DNA of 64,000 nucleotides from Phascolarctobacterium sp. (GTDB lineage: Bacteria > Bacillota > Negativicutes > Acidaminococcales > Acidaminococcaceae): contig QAMT01000023.1 of the NCBI GenBank assembly GCA_003150755.1, forward strand, positions 85,474 through 149,473, written 5' to 3'. The translations under genes and the position numbers were made by a program. Shown here piece after piece: positions 26,279 to 34,924 of the stretch. The number at the start of each line of letters is the position of its first letter. Within the stretch, counting starts at the first letter, position 1. The notes under the pieces were generated by a model that was not told where the DNA came from, ran no database searches, and saw nothing but the letters and a program-made list of their open reading frames with translations.

Positions 26279-26747
26279 TTGCCATTACATAAACTTCCGT
26301 AAATTTTTTACTGCGCCCCGCAGCATTATCCTTTAGCTGTAAGGTAACCTTCAATTTATCTGCTGCAATCTGTTCAGCCTTAATGCTTTCCAGTGTAACT
26401 TCTGTCAGCGACAGCGGATTAACACCGCGGGATGAATTATATTTTATCTCACGCGCCAGCGAACCGCTGCTGCGGTAAAAAGTTACCTGCCTGTTGCCGC
26501 GTGTTTCTTTGCAGACTATTTTATCGTTGCTGCCGCTGGTAATTTTTATGTTAGCAGTATGCAAAAATAGTTCCTGTTCAATAAAACTCTGGCTGTAACG
26601 GGCAGCGCGGTACAAAAGCAAATCGCTTTGCAGCTTTTGCCACGAGCGGGCAAACCCGGACAAACCGTTATACATAATAACGGCAGCAATAAAAGTAACT
26701 GCCACGGCAAGGCAGATTTCCGTCAGCAGATAGCCTTTGTTATTCAC
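26265..26747 (-). CDS. Minor pseudopilin (ComGF-like), prepilin-type N-terminus
   Basis: 160 aa. MNNKG|YLLTE has Gly-1 and Glu+5, followed by a hydrophobic helix. Confidence 0.55.
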   Translation of the reverse strand: MNNKGYLLTEICLAVAVTFIAAVIMYNGLSGFARSWQKLQSDLLLYRAARYSQSFIEQELFLHTANIKITSGSNDKIVCKETRGNRQVTFYRSSGSLAREIKYNSSRGVNPLSLTEVTLESIKAEQIAADKLKVTLQLKDNAAGRSKKFTEVYVMANGSF

Positions 26748-27045
26748 CGGCAGTTACCACGGCAGCAGCAATCTTACCGACAGCATTTTTTACCGTTACA
26801 TAATAAAAAGGCCTTGCCAAGCCTTCGCAATAAAATTCCTGCCGTTCTGTTTCTAAACCCAGCGCCGCCATTTCTTCCTCACTGTATGCGCCGGTTGCCG
26901 CGTTAAACGCAGCCAAATCAGCGTTACGCTGCGCAACAAGCTGCACGCCGCTTGTGTAAGCCGTTACGGCACTTACACTTACCATTGCCGCAGCCGCTAG
27001 GCACACCAGCATCTCTGCCAGCACAAAACCTTTGCTGCCCCTCAT
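26740..27045 (-). CDS. Minor pseudopilin (ComGE-like), prepilin-type N-terminus
   Basis: 101 aa. MRGSKG|FVLAE has Glu+5, followed by a hydrophobic helix. Confidence 0.55.
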   Translation of the reverse strand: MRGSKGFVLAEMLVCLAAAAMVSVSAVTAYTSGVQLVAQRNADLAAFNAATGAYSEEEMAALGLETERQEFYCEGLARPFYYVTVKNAVGKIAAAVVTAGE

Positions 27046-27500
27046 TTAAACACAACCCTTCCTGTTACTGGCTGCACCTGTAACCAATAGCTGATATCCT
27101 TATCATGGCGGCATTTGATAATATAGTTAAGCGTCTGAGACGGCGCACCCTCCTGCGAAAATTTCAGGTCATTAAGATGCTGGCTGAAATATAAGCCGCT
27201 GGCTGCGCCGAAATTTCTTTTCAAAAAGACATCTTTACCGTGGTAAATCCGGTAGCCATCTTTGTCCTTGTCCATTTCCAGCCGGCTTCTGCCGGATACA
27301 TCATAAAACGAATACTGCTGCAACGCAGCAATATCGTCCGCCATTTGCTGCGCGGCATGCTGCGCCTGCATCTTATACAAATAACTGCTTACGCCTATAT
27401 AAGACGGCACCAGTAAGGCTGCCATTCCTGCCAAAATACCTGCCGCTGCAATAAGCTCTATCAGTGCAAAGCCTTTATTCTTCAGCTGCACTGCTGCCAT
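27042..27500 (-). CDS. Minor pseudopilin (ComGD-like), prepilin-type N-terminus
   Basis: 152 aa. MAAVQLKNKG|FALIE has Glu+5. Confidence 0.65.
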   Translation of the reverse strand: MAAVQLKNKGFALIELIAAAGILAGMAALLVPSYIGVSSYLYKMQAQHAAQQMADDIAALQQYSFYDVSGRSRLEMDKDKDGYRIYHGKDVFLKRNFGAASGLYFSQHLNDLKFSQEGAPSQTLNYIIKCRHDKDISYWLQVQPVTGRVVFK

Positions 27501-27855
27501 CAGAAGTTACAAGCTCACCTGCTGCATTTTTGCCTTTAAGAGTATAAGTTAGCTTATCGCCTGCCGGTGTATAGGTAAACTGCGTCCCGGTAGCGTCTTT
27601 AAACTCCTTGCCTTTGGCAATATATTCATCCACCAAGTCATCCAAAGCATCCGGGCAAGTGCCTTTATCCATTTTGTACAGCAAAATAGCATTATCAACC
27701 GTTGCCAGGTCGCTTTCAAGACGCGCATTTTTAGCACGGTCTGCCGCACTGTCCAGCGAAGGCATCAGCATAGCGCCCAAAATGCCCAAAAGTGCAACCA
27801 CAGCCAATACTTCCAGCAATGTAAAACCAGCATTGCCTTTTAATTTTTTCAGCAA
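27475..27855 (-). CDS. Major (pseudo)pilin, ComGC/type IV pilin-like
   Basis: 126 aa. MLKKLKGNAG|FTLLEVLAVVALLGIL is a canonical class III signal peptide with Glu+5. Confidence 0.75.
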   Translation of the reverse strand: MLKKLKGNAGFTLLEVLAVVALLGILGAMLMPSLDSAADRAKNARLESDLATVDNAILLYKMDKGTCPDALDDLVDEYIAKGKEFKDATGTQFTYTPAGDKLTYTLKGKNAAGELVTSDGSSAAEE

Positions 27856-27873
27856 AATAAATCCCCTTTCCTG

Positions 27874-29088
27874 TCAATATCCGGGAAGTGCTCCCGACAG
27901 GGAAAACATTGGTGCAGCCACAGCCAGAATAATAGCCGAAACAAACGCCGCTACAAATAACAGCAGCAGCGGCTCCAGCACAACCTTTAAATTTTTCAGC
28001 GTATCGTCAAAACGTATCTGCAACAGCTCAGCTGCCCGCGCCAGCATTTCCGGCAAGCGCCCGGTTTCAGCCCCCACGCCGATAAATTCCGTGCTTAAAC
28101 TGCCAAAAAGAGAACCGGCATTCAGCGCTGCTTTTTCAGGTGCTGTGCCGCGCAGAACGTCAGCAGCAAAATTTTCTGCCTGCTGCTTCAGCCCGGCGTC
28201 CCCCAACGCCGCTCCGGCAATCTGCGCAGCCTGCGGCAATGATATGCCGCCGTGCAGCAAAAGCGCCAGCACCTTGTTAAAACGTATTTCCAGATACAGC
28301 TGTTTTTGTGCTTTTAAAAACGGTATGGCAAACAACGCCTGCATAAGTGCCTGCCGCTTTAGCACAGCCAAAACTACAAAAACAGCAAGCACCGCTAAAA
28401 ACTCCGGTAAATTATCCGCAAGCGCGCCCTGCACAGCAAACATAAAGTTTAAATAAGCAGGTATTTCAGCATTCATCGAAGCATACAAATCAGCAAAAAG
28501 CGGCAATACTTTTACAATAAACATCAACGCAACCGCAAACGAAGCTGTTAACAGAAAGAGCGGATACAAAGAAATATTTTTTATAAATCGCTTCATCTGC
28601 GCCTGTAATTGATAGTACTTTGCAAGTTCATCCAGCATTTCGCACAAAATGCCACCTGCTTCTCCTGCCGCTATTACCGCCCCAGCCAGGCTGCCCCACG
28701 CAGCCCTGTTTTTGTTCATGCACTCCGCAAGGCTTTCACCGCATTGCAGTTCGCGCTGCATATCCTTACATAATTGCGCTGTTTTGCGCGGCAGGCGTTC
28801 TTGTAAAATCTGCAAAGCTTTCAGCACCGGCAGGCCGCTGTCAAGCATCAGTGCCAGCTGACTGAAAAACACAGCCTTTTCTTCATCGCCCAGCCCGCGT
28901 TTTTTAAACCTAAGCTTAGGCAACTCAAACGATGGCTTTGCCTCCACACACTGCAAAAATGTTAAATAACCGTAATTAGTGCGTACATAAGCTGCTGCGT
29001 CGTCCCGGCTGGCGGCCTTATAAACGCCGCCGAAACTTTGTCCTTCAGCATTTACGGCCTTCCACCTGTATTGCTGCACCAACTGCAC
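27874..29088 (-). CDS. Type II secretion / type IV pilus platform protein (GspF/PilC/ComGB family)
   Basis: 404 aa. Duplicated T2SF-like cytoplasmic domains and three TM segments. Confidence 0.85.
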   Translation of the reverse strand: MQLVQQYRWKAVNAEGQSFGGVYKAASRDDAAAYVRTNYGYLTFLQCVEAKPSFELPKLRFKKRGLGDEEKAVFFSQLALMLDSGLPVLKALQILQERLPRKTAQLCKDMQRELQCGESLAECMNKNRAAWGSLAGAVIAAGEAGGILCEMLDELAKYYQLQAQMKRFIKNISLYPLFLLTASFAVALMFIVKVLPLFADLYASMNAEIPAYLNFMFAVQGALADNLPEFLAVLAVFVVLAVLKRQALMQALFAIPFLKAQKQLYLEIRFNKVLALLLHGGISLPQAAQIAGAALGDAGLKQQAENFAADVLRGTAPEKAALNAGSLFGSLSTEFIGVGAETGRLPEMLARAAELLQIRFDDTLKNLKVVLEPLLLLFVAAFVSAIILAVAAPMFSLSGALPGY

Positions 29089-29181
29089 CCCTTTTCCGAA
29101 GCTTTTATATTCGCTTTTATTAACGCACCTTCCCAGCTGTTTATTTTTATTTTGTAAATAATTTGTAAATTTATTGCTTAT

Positions 29182-29210
29182 TTGCTTTTAATGCACGCCT
29201 AATTTATAAT
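29182..29210 (+). promoter_or_regulatory. Putative promoter of fic
   Basis: TTGCTT-17 nt-TATAAT, 30 nt upstream of the ATG. SD AAGGAG follows. Confidence 0.55.
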
Positions 29211-29239
29211 AAAAGTATCCAAATATAAGGAGCGTCTAT

Positions 29240-29842
29240 ATGCTTGAAAATAAACTCGGCCTTACCAATTCAGCCCAACTTGCTTTGGCAGAAGAAAAAA
29301 TAACAAAACAAAAAGCCTTGCAGCTTTTTAACTCCGGTTTTCTGGATAATTTGCCGCCCGGTACCTTTGAAACGCTTGCCGCAATACATAAATACCTGTT
29401 TGAAGATGTTTATGATTTTGCCGGAAAAATGCGCAGCGTTAATATCGCGAAAGGCAATTTCCGTTTTGTACCTGCTTTGTATCTGCCGGAAGCGTTAAAA
29501 AACATCAGCAGCATGCCTCAGAATACTTTTGACGAAATCATTGCCAAATATGTAGAAATGAATGTAGCGCATCCATTTCGGGAAGGTAACGGCCGCAGCA
29601 CTCGCATCTGGCTTGACCATATTCTAAAGGCAAAGCTTGGCAGAGTAGTTGACTGGAGCATTGTCGATAAGGAAGATTATCTGCTGGCCATGGAACGCAG
29701 CCCAATCAAAGATACTGAAATCAAACTGCTTTTACAATCTGCCCTTACGGATAAAATCAATGACCGCGACGTTTATATGAAAGGCATAGACGCCAGCTAT
29801 AACTATGAAGGTTACAATACCTTTAAAACAGAAAATTTATAA
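29240..29842 (+). CDS. fic: Fic-domain protein (AMPylase-type), single-domain with a C-terminal inhibitory-helix motif
   Basis: 200 aa. Canonical Fic motif HPFREGNGRSTR and a C-terminal SYNYEG that matches (S/T)xxxE(G/N). Confidence 0.85.
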   Translation: MLENKLGLTNSAQLALAEEKITKQKALQLFNSGFLDNLPPGTFETLAAIHKYLFEDVYDFAGKMRSVNIAKGNFRFVPALYLPEALKNISSMPQNTFDEIIAKYVEMNVAHPFREGNGRSTRIWLDHILKAKLGRVVDWSIVDKEDYLLAMERSPIKDTEIKLLLQSALTDKINDRDVYMKGIDASYNYEGYNTFKTENL

Positions 29843-29847
29843 CCAAA

Positions 29848-29886
29848 AAGCCTGTACCAGCACTTACGCCGGTACAGGCTTTTACC
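29848..29886. terminator. Terminator after fic (bidirectional-looking)
   Basis: aagcctgtacc-N12-ggtacaggctt followed by TTAC, with an A-run upstream. Confidence 0.7.
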
Positions 29887-29951
29887 ATTGTATTCATTTG
29901 TAAAAAACTCTAAAATTGCATTCTTTTATTATGCCGGAAGTTCTAAAATTT

Positions 29952-31439
29952 TTAAACCAGCCCCATCCAGCTCCAATAGGTTGCGCCCAAAATCATAATC
30001 AGCGCAAAAGCAATTAAAGTCAGCGGAATACCGGATTTTACAAAATCATTAACCTCAAAGGTATTCGTTCCGTAAGCAATCATGTTCTGCGGCGCATTAA
30101 CCGGCAGTATAAAACCAAAGCTTACAACATATTGCAAAATCATCGTCATGCCTACTACGTTTACGCCCGGAGTTTTAAGCTGCTGCAACACAGAAATGAT
30201 AATCGGGATAATGGCCGATGCCAAGCCCGTTGCACTTGCAAAGCCCATGTGAATAACAATAAGGAAAATCGCCATTATCGCCAGCACAATTAAAGTTGTA
30301 GAATTCTCCAAAGCAAAAATGGTTACGATTTCGTTGGCCAGCCAGGTTGCCGCTTTGGTGGAAAGCAGTGCGGAACCCAGCGAAATGCCTACGCCAAACA
30401 ATACAACCGTACCCCAGTTAATTTTGTTAACGGTTTCTTCCCAATGCATTACGCCGATTTTCGGCAGCATTAAAAGTGCAATAGCAACCATTGTACTGGT
30501 TGATGTATCAATATTATGCACTATTTTCTCTGTTGTCCAGAAGAATAACAGGCACAGGGAAATTATAAGCAGTTTCTTTTCGTCAGCGCTGATTTTGCCC
30601 ATCTCTTTCAGAAGCCTGCTGACAGTAGCCTGCCCGCCGGCAATTTCATCAATTTCCGGCGGCATGATATGCAGCATTAAATGATACAGTGCAAACGACA
30701 TCATAATCGCAAACGGAGCTGCCGCAATAAACCAATCCAGCCACGAAATATCCACGCCCAGCGTCTGGCTGATGAAGTTGACGGCAACCATATTCTGCGC
30801 CGCCGCTGTTTTAATGCCGACGTTCCATACACTGTCTACCTGCGCAACGGCAATCATCAGCATCCCGGCAAAACGGCTTTTAAGCGGCACGCCGAAAGCT
30901 TTAATCATGCCCATGACAATCGGCACCAGGCAGGCTACACGCGCTGTCGTGCTTGGCACAAAAAAGCTTAAAATAAAGCCGCACAAAATAACGCCCAGCA
31001 ATACACGGTTAGCCTTAGCGCCGACTTTGGATAAAATTATCAGCGCAATGCGTTTATCAAGCCCTGTTTTGGTCATGGCAGCCGCTAAAAACATTGCCGC
31101 CGCCACAAGGCAGAAGGCTGTTGAAGAAAAGCCCTTCAATGCCATAACCAGCCCGGCGCTTGTACCATACAGCTTTCCCGTTGCCGGATTAGGCGCAAAA
31201 CCAATCAGCACCGCCATCAGCGACATAATAACGCCTGCACTTACAGGATAAGAAATTGCAGTTGTCGCCCACACAATTACCGAAAACACCATTATGCCTA
31301 TCATGCGCTGCCCCGCTACCGATAAACCTTCCGGAGTCGGCAGCATGACAATAACCGCCAGTATTATAAGCGCCAAATAAAAACCATAGCGTTTCATAAA
31401 GCCGGGCGGTGCCTGTTTTTTAGCAGTTGTTTCAGTCAT
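29952..31439 (-). CDS. DASS/SLC13-family anion:Na+ symporter
   Basis: About 495 aa polytopic protein with DASS-like N-terminal layout. Start set to the ATG at 31439 (MTETTAKK), 10 nt after SD GAGGGGA; the track start at 31448 is a GTG directly abutting the SD. Confidence 0.75.
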   Translation of the reverse strand: MTETTAKKQAPPGFMKRYGFYLALIILAVIVMLPTPEGLSVAGQRMIGIMVFSVIVWATTAISYPVSAGVIMSLMAVLIGFAPNPATGKLYGTSAGLVMALKGFSSTAFCLVAAAMFLAAAMTKTGLDKRIALIILSKVGAKANRVLLGVILCGFILSFFVPSTTARVACLVPIVMGMIKAFGVPLKSRFAGMLMIAVAQVDSVWNVGIKTAAAQNMVAVNFISQTLGVDISWLDWFIAAAPFAIMMSFALYHLMLHIMPPEIDEIAGGQATVSRLLKEMGKISADEKKLLIISLCLLFFWTTEKIVHNIDTSTSTMVAIALLMLPKIGVMHWEETVNKINWGTVVLFGVGISLGSALLSTKAATWLANEIVTIFALENSTTLIVLAIMAIFLIVIHMGFASATGLASAIIPIIISVLQQLKTPGVNVVGMTMILQYVVSFGFILPVNAPQNMIAYGTNTFEVNDFVKSGIPLTLIAFALIMILGATYWSWMGLV

Positions 31440-31475
31440 AAATAACACATCCCCTCATATAATTTCTAAAACAGC

Positions 31476-31517
31476 AAACAAAAAAGCTTGTGTATGCTTT
31501 TAACACATACACAAGCT
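31476..31517 (-). terminator. Terminator after the sufB-like gene
   Basis: agcttgtgtatg-N9-catacacaagct followed on the minus strand by TTTTTGTTTG. Confidence 0.7.
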
Positions 31518-31582
31518 CCCTTGCTTAAGCTAATTATAGCATTTACATTCAGCGCGTACAATAGTTTTTATTGTAAGTATTG

Positions 31583-32803
31583 TTACATTCCTTTGTTATA
31601 TTTAAAACTGTCAAGAGTTTTTTCGATTTTCTTCGCCAGGCTATCAGGCAGGCCTTCGATATTAACATTAAGGAAGCCGCGCACGATGGTTGCCGTTGCG
31701 TCATCCTCACTCATACCGCGCGCCATCAGGTACTCAATTTCTTCCGGGTTAATGCGCCCTACTGCTGCTTCGTGGCTCATCTCGGCGTTGCCGGTCTGCG
31801 CGTCAAGTTCCGGAATGGCGTAAATATAACCTTTGTTGCTCAGCATCAGACCGTCACATTCCAGGTGCGCACGGATGCCTTCAACTGTACCTGTCATGCA
31901 GCCGCGGTTAATAACCTCACCGCCGGTAGAAATCGTGCGGGTAATGGATTCTGCTCTGCATCCTTCCGCATTTAAAATTACCTTGCCGCCGATGTCAAGA
32001 TGCGAGCCTTCCGGCGCAACCAAAATCGAATTCAAACGCGCCACAGCATCCTTGCCGTTTAAATGCACGGTCGGGTACATCTGCACATCCTTGGCTTTTT
32101 CGATAGAAACATAGTTGGAAATATACTGCCCGCCTTCTTCAACCATAGCCACAGTACGCGGGCGTACAATTACGTTTTCGCCCCAGCTGTGAATCATGGT
32201 AAAACTCAGCTTGGCATTTTTGCCGATGTACATTTCGCTGATGCCGATGTGCATGCCGCTTTCAACCTCATGGGCAGAAGTACAGCCGGAAATAATGCTC
32301 AGCTCAGCGCCGTCCTCAATAATTACCACGTTATGCACATGCTGCAGCTGCTGGTCATGGCTGATGCACATGCACGCCTGCAGCGGCGTAGTAATTTTTT
32401 CACCGGCGCGCACGCGGATAAAATAGCCCTGCTCTTTTTCGAGCGCAGTTTTGGCAGTGTATTTATCGGTATCAGGCTTAACTGCTTTCCACCAGTATTT
32501 TTCTACCAGCTCCGGATATTTTTCAGCAGCCTTGCCGGTGCTCATCAGCTCCAGCGGAGTTTGCTTTTTAACCTTGACTTCAACCGCATTGTTATCAAGC
32601 TGTACAAACGATGCGCTGCGGTTTTCTTCTTCTGCCTCACCGGTTTCAATACCTACATATTCCAGGCGGTCGCGCGTTTCCTGCGAAAGGTCCTCCACGC
32701 TTTTTAAATCATTTTTATCGGTGTCGCTGTAAGCGTTTAAATCTATGTCATTGCCGTAAACGGCTTTTTTCTCAAGGGCAGCCTTTAAAGTTTCGTTGCT
32801 CAT
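31583..32803 (-). CDS. SufB/SufD-family Fe-S cluster assembly scaffold protein
   Basis: 406 aa. C-terminal beta-helix SufBD domain (SHEAAVGRINPEEIEYLMARGMSEDDA). Start overlaps the sufC stop by 1 nt. Confidence 0.8.
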   Translation of the reverse strand: MSNETLKAALEKKAVYGNDIDLNAYSDTDKNDLKSVEDLSQETRDRLEYVGIETGEAEEENRSASFVQLDNNAVEVKVKKQTPLELMSTGKAAEKYPELVEKYWWKAVKPDTDKYTAKTALEKEQGYFIRVRAGEKITTPLQACMCISHDQQLQHVHNVVIIEDGAELSIISGCTSAHEVESGMHIGISEMYIGKNAKLSFTMIHSWGENVIVRPRTVAMVEEGGQYISNYVSIEKAKDVQMYPTVHLNGKDAVARLNSILVAPEGSHLDIGGKVILNAEGCRAESITRTISTGGEVINRGCMTGTVEGIRAHLECDGLMLSNKGYIYAIPELDAQTGNAEMSHEAAVGRINPEEIEYLMARGMSEDDATATIVRGFLNVNIEGLPDSLAKKIEKTLDSFKYNKGM

Positions 32804-33606
32804 TATTTTTTCACCTCACAATTGCCGCGTTTTACACAGGTTTCATATCCGGCCTGACCGATGCAATTCAACACATCAAGCGGGTCGCCGCAGGCACAGG
32901 TCATTTTGCCTTCATAAAGAATATGGGCGTGGCTTGCCGGAACATATTTAAGGATATGGCCCGAATGGGTAATAATCAGGCCGCTGCGTTTGCTTTCCAG
33001 CGGATTATGCCCTTCAAAGCCCTGGTTTTTAATGCAGCACGGCCTGTCGCATCCAGCACCTCCGCAAGGTTCGGTATGCAGGATGTAATTTACAGCCTTG
33101 CCTACAAGCACAATGTTTTCAAGGTCAACGCCGCTTTCAGGCTCGTCCAGCAAAAGCAGGTCAGGGTTCTGCGCCATCAGCTGCAAAAGCTCACAGCGTT
33201 TCAGCTCACCGCCGCTGAAGCCATCGTTTACGCTGCGGTCAAGGAAGGTATCCATACCCATCCATTTGGCCATGGTTTCTGCTTCTTCCGGAGTTGCTCC
33301 GCAGATTTCAACCATTTTGCGCAGTGAAAGGCCCCTTATCGTCGGCGGGCGCTGAATCATTACGCCAATACCGAGCCTTGCCCTTTCGTCGCAGCTCATC
33401 TCTGTAATGTCCTGTCCTTTAAAATAAATTTTGCCTTCTAAAATTTCGTAACGGTCAAAACCCATAATCGCGCCGATAAGCGTGGATTTGCCGGTACCGT
33501 TAGGGCCGAAAAGCACATGCACTTCGCCCGGTTTAATATGTAAATTAATATCGCTAAGTATTTTGCGTCCGCGGACAGCCACGGATAAATGCTCTATTTT
33601 TAACAC
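32803..33606 (-). CDS. sufC: SufC-like ABC ATPase with Cys-rich insertion and tail
   Basis: 267 aa. Walker A GPNGTGKST, signature FSGGELKR, Walker B LLLLDEPESGVD, H-loop IITHSGH. It also has a ~30-aa insert PCGGAGCDRPCC and a C-terminal CACG..C..C..C. GTG start. Confidence 0.8.
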   Translation of the reverse strand: MLKIEHLSVAVRGRKILSDINLHIKPGEVHVLFGPNGTGKSTLIGAIMGFDRYEILEGKIYFKGQDITEMSCDERARLGIGVMIQRPPTIRGLSLRKMVEICGATPEEAETMAKWMGMDTFLDRSVNDGFSGGELKRCELLQLMAQNPDLLLLDEPESGVDLENIVLVGKAVNYILHTEPCGGAGCDRPCCIKNQGFEGHNPLESKRSGLIITHSGHILKYVPASHAHILYEGKMTCACGDPLDVLNCIGQAGYETCVKRGNCEVKK

Positions 33607-33769
33607 GTAATTTACCTTCTTTCTTTAGGATTTGCTTTGATTGCGTTACCATTATAACACAGCCTTTGAATTAATTCCATACTTTTTTTGTAGGAATTTG
33701 TGCATAGCCAATTAATTTCACATGTGCTACAATAATAGAAGCCCTTTTTATTACAAGCAGGAGGTAGTT

Positions 33770-34576
33770 ATGCATCAGTATCTATTTTTTATCGGCGATT
33801 TTCCCATCCGCATGTACGGATTGGTTTTATGTATGAGTATTTTTTTAGCGACCGGCGTGGCTTACTTTTTGGCCAAGCAGGACGGACGCTGGCACGAACA
33901 CGTTGTTGACATCGGCATTTACGGCGGCTTTGCCGGACTTATCGGCGCACGTCTGTGGGATGTATTCTTTTTTGACTGGGATTATTACCAGCATCACCTG
34001 CTGGAAATCCCCTTCGTCTGGCAGGGCGGCATGGCGGTGCAGGGCGGCATTATTGCCGGCGTGCTGACCGGCATCTGGTACTGCAAGCGGCACAATATCG
34101 ACTGGGTAGCCTTTGCCGATATCGTAACGCCGTCCATCCTTATCGGCCAGGCAGTAGGGCGTATGGCCAATCTTTTAAACGGCGACGCTTTCGGCACGCC
34201 TACCGGCGGCAACTTCGGCATTTTATATCCGGCCGGTACACTGGCGTACAAAACATATGGCGAACAGCCACTATGGCCAGCAGAAGTATGGGAAGGCCAG
34301 CTTGACGTTGTTATTTTTGCGCTGCTCTTAATCTTCCGCGCCTGCGGGCATGCCCGCGGACAGGTTATGTGCCTGTACGTCATGCTTTATTCCGCCGTCC
34401 GCTTTGGGCTGGAAATGCTGCGCGGCGACTATGTAGAACCGCTGATGTTCGGTTTAAAATCCGCCCAGGCCACAAGCCTGATTTTCTTCCTTTTAGCGCT
34501 GGCAGCTTTCATTTACTGCGGCATAAAGGATAAAAAGGTCAAACCGGCTTTAAAAACAGAGAAAAATAAAAAATAA
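33770..34576 (+). CDS. lgt: Prolipoprotein diacylglyceryl transferase
   Basis: Lgt-like N-terminus (FPIRMYGLVLCMSIFLA) and GRxxN block (GRMANLLNGDAFG). Start moved to the ATG at 33770, preceded by SD AGGAGG. Confidence 0.9.
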   Translation: MHQYLFFIGDFPIRMYGLVLCMSIFLATGVAYFLAKQDGRWHEHVVDIGIYGGFAGLIGARLWDVFFFDWDYYQHHLLEIPFVWQGGMAVQGGIIAGVLTGIWYCKRHNIDWVAFADIVTPSILIGQAVGRMANLLNGDAFGTPTGGNFGILYPAGTLAYKTYGEQPLWPAEVWEGQLDVVIFALLLIFRACGHARGQVMCLYVMLYSAVRFGLEMLRGDYVEPLMFGLKSAQATSLIFFLLALAAFIYCGIKDKKVKPALKTEKNKK

Positions 34577-34686
34577 TAATGATATTAAACTTATCATAAA
34601 TTGCAAATATTTTACTTACTGTAAGTTTTTCACAAACTGTTCAAATTCCGTCTATTTGTTTGTCACAATTTATGTGTATAATAAAA

Positions 34687-34793
34687 CCATAGCAAGTGAG
34701 AACTTGCTAAACCCTTCCCATCAAATTCATCATAAACAGCTTTCCTAGAGAGCGGCGCTTGCATTAATCCCCTGCAAGCGCTGTTTCTCTTTA
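34687..34793 (+). ncRNA. Candidate small RNA (orphan promoter-hairpin-terminator unit); could alternatively be the distal 3' end of the lgt transcript
   Basis: TATAAT at 34676-34681, a 5' hairpin agcaag-tgagaa-cttgct, a single-stranded C-rich stretch aaacccttccca, then the terminator gcgcttgca-ttaatcccc-tgcaagcgc plus TGTTTCTCTTT. No ORF with an ATG lies inside. Confidence 0.3.
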
Positions 34794-34841
34794 TATACGC
34801 TATTATCAATTTAATATTTTATTTTTGTACAAAAATCCCCG

Positions 34842-34891
34842 CAAATAAAATGCACCCCAAAAGTTTTTTATCCGGCTTTCAGGGTGCATTT
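34842..34891 (-). terminator. Terminator after the 125-aa gene; member of a repeated hairpin family
   Basis: aaatgcaccc-N24-gggtgcattt followed on the minus strand by TATTTGC. The 5' arm is nearly identical to the hairpin at 51109-51149. Confidence 0.6.
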
Positions 34892-34924
34892 AAAATTACG
34901 GGGACTTTTTATTTTTGCCTGCAA

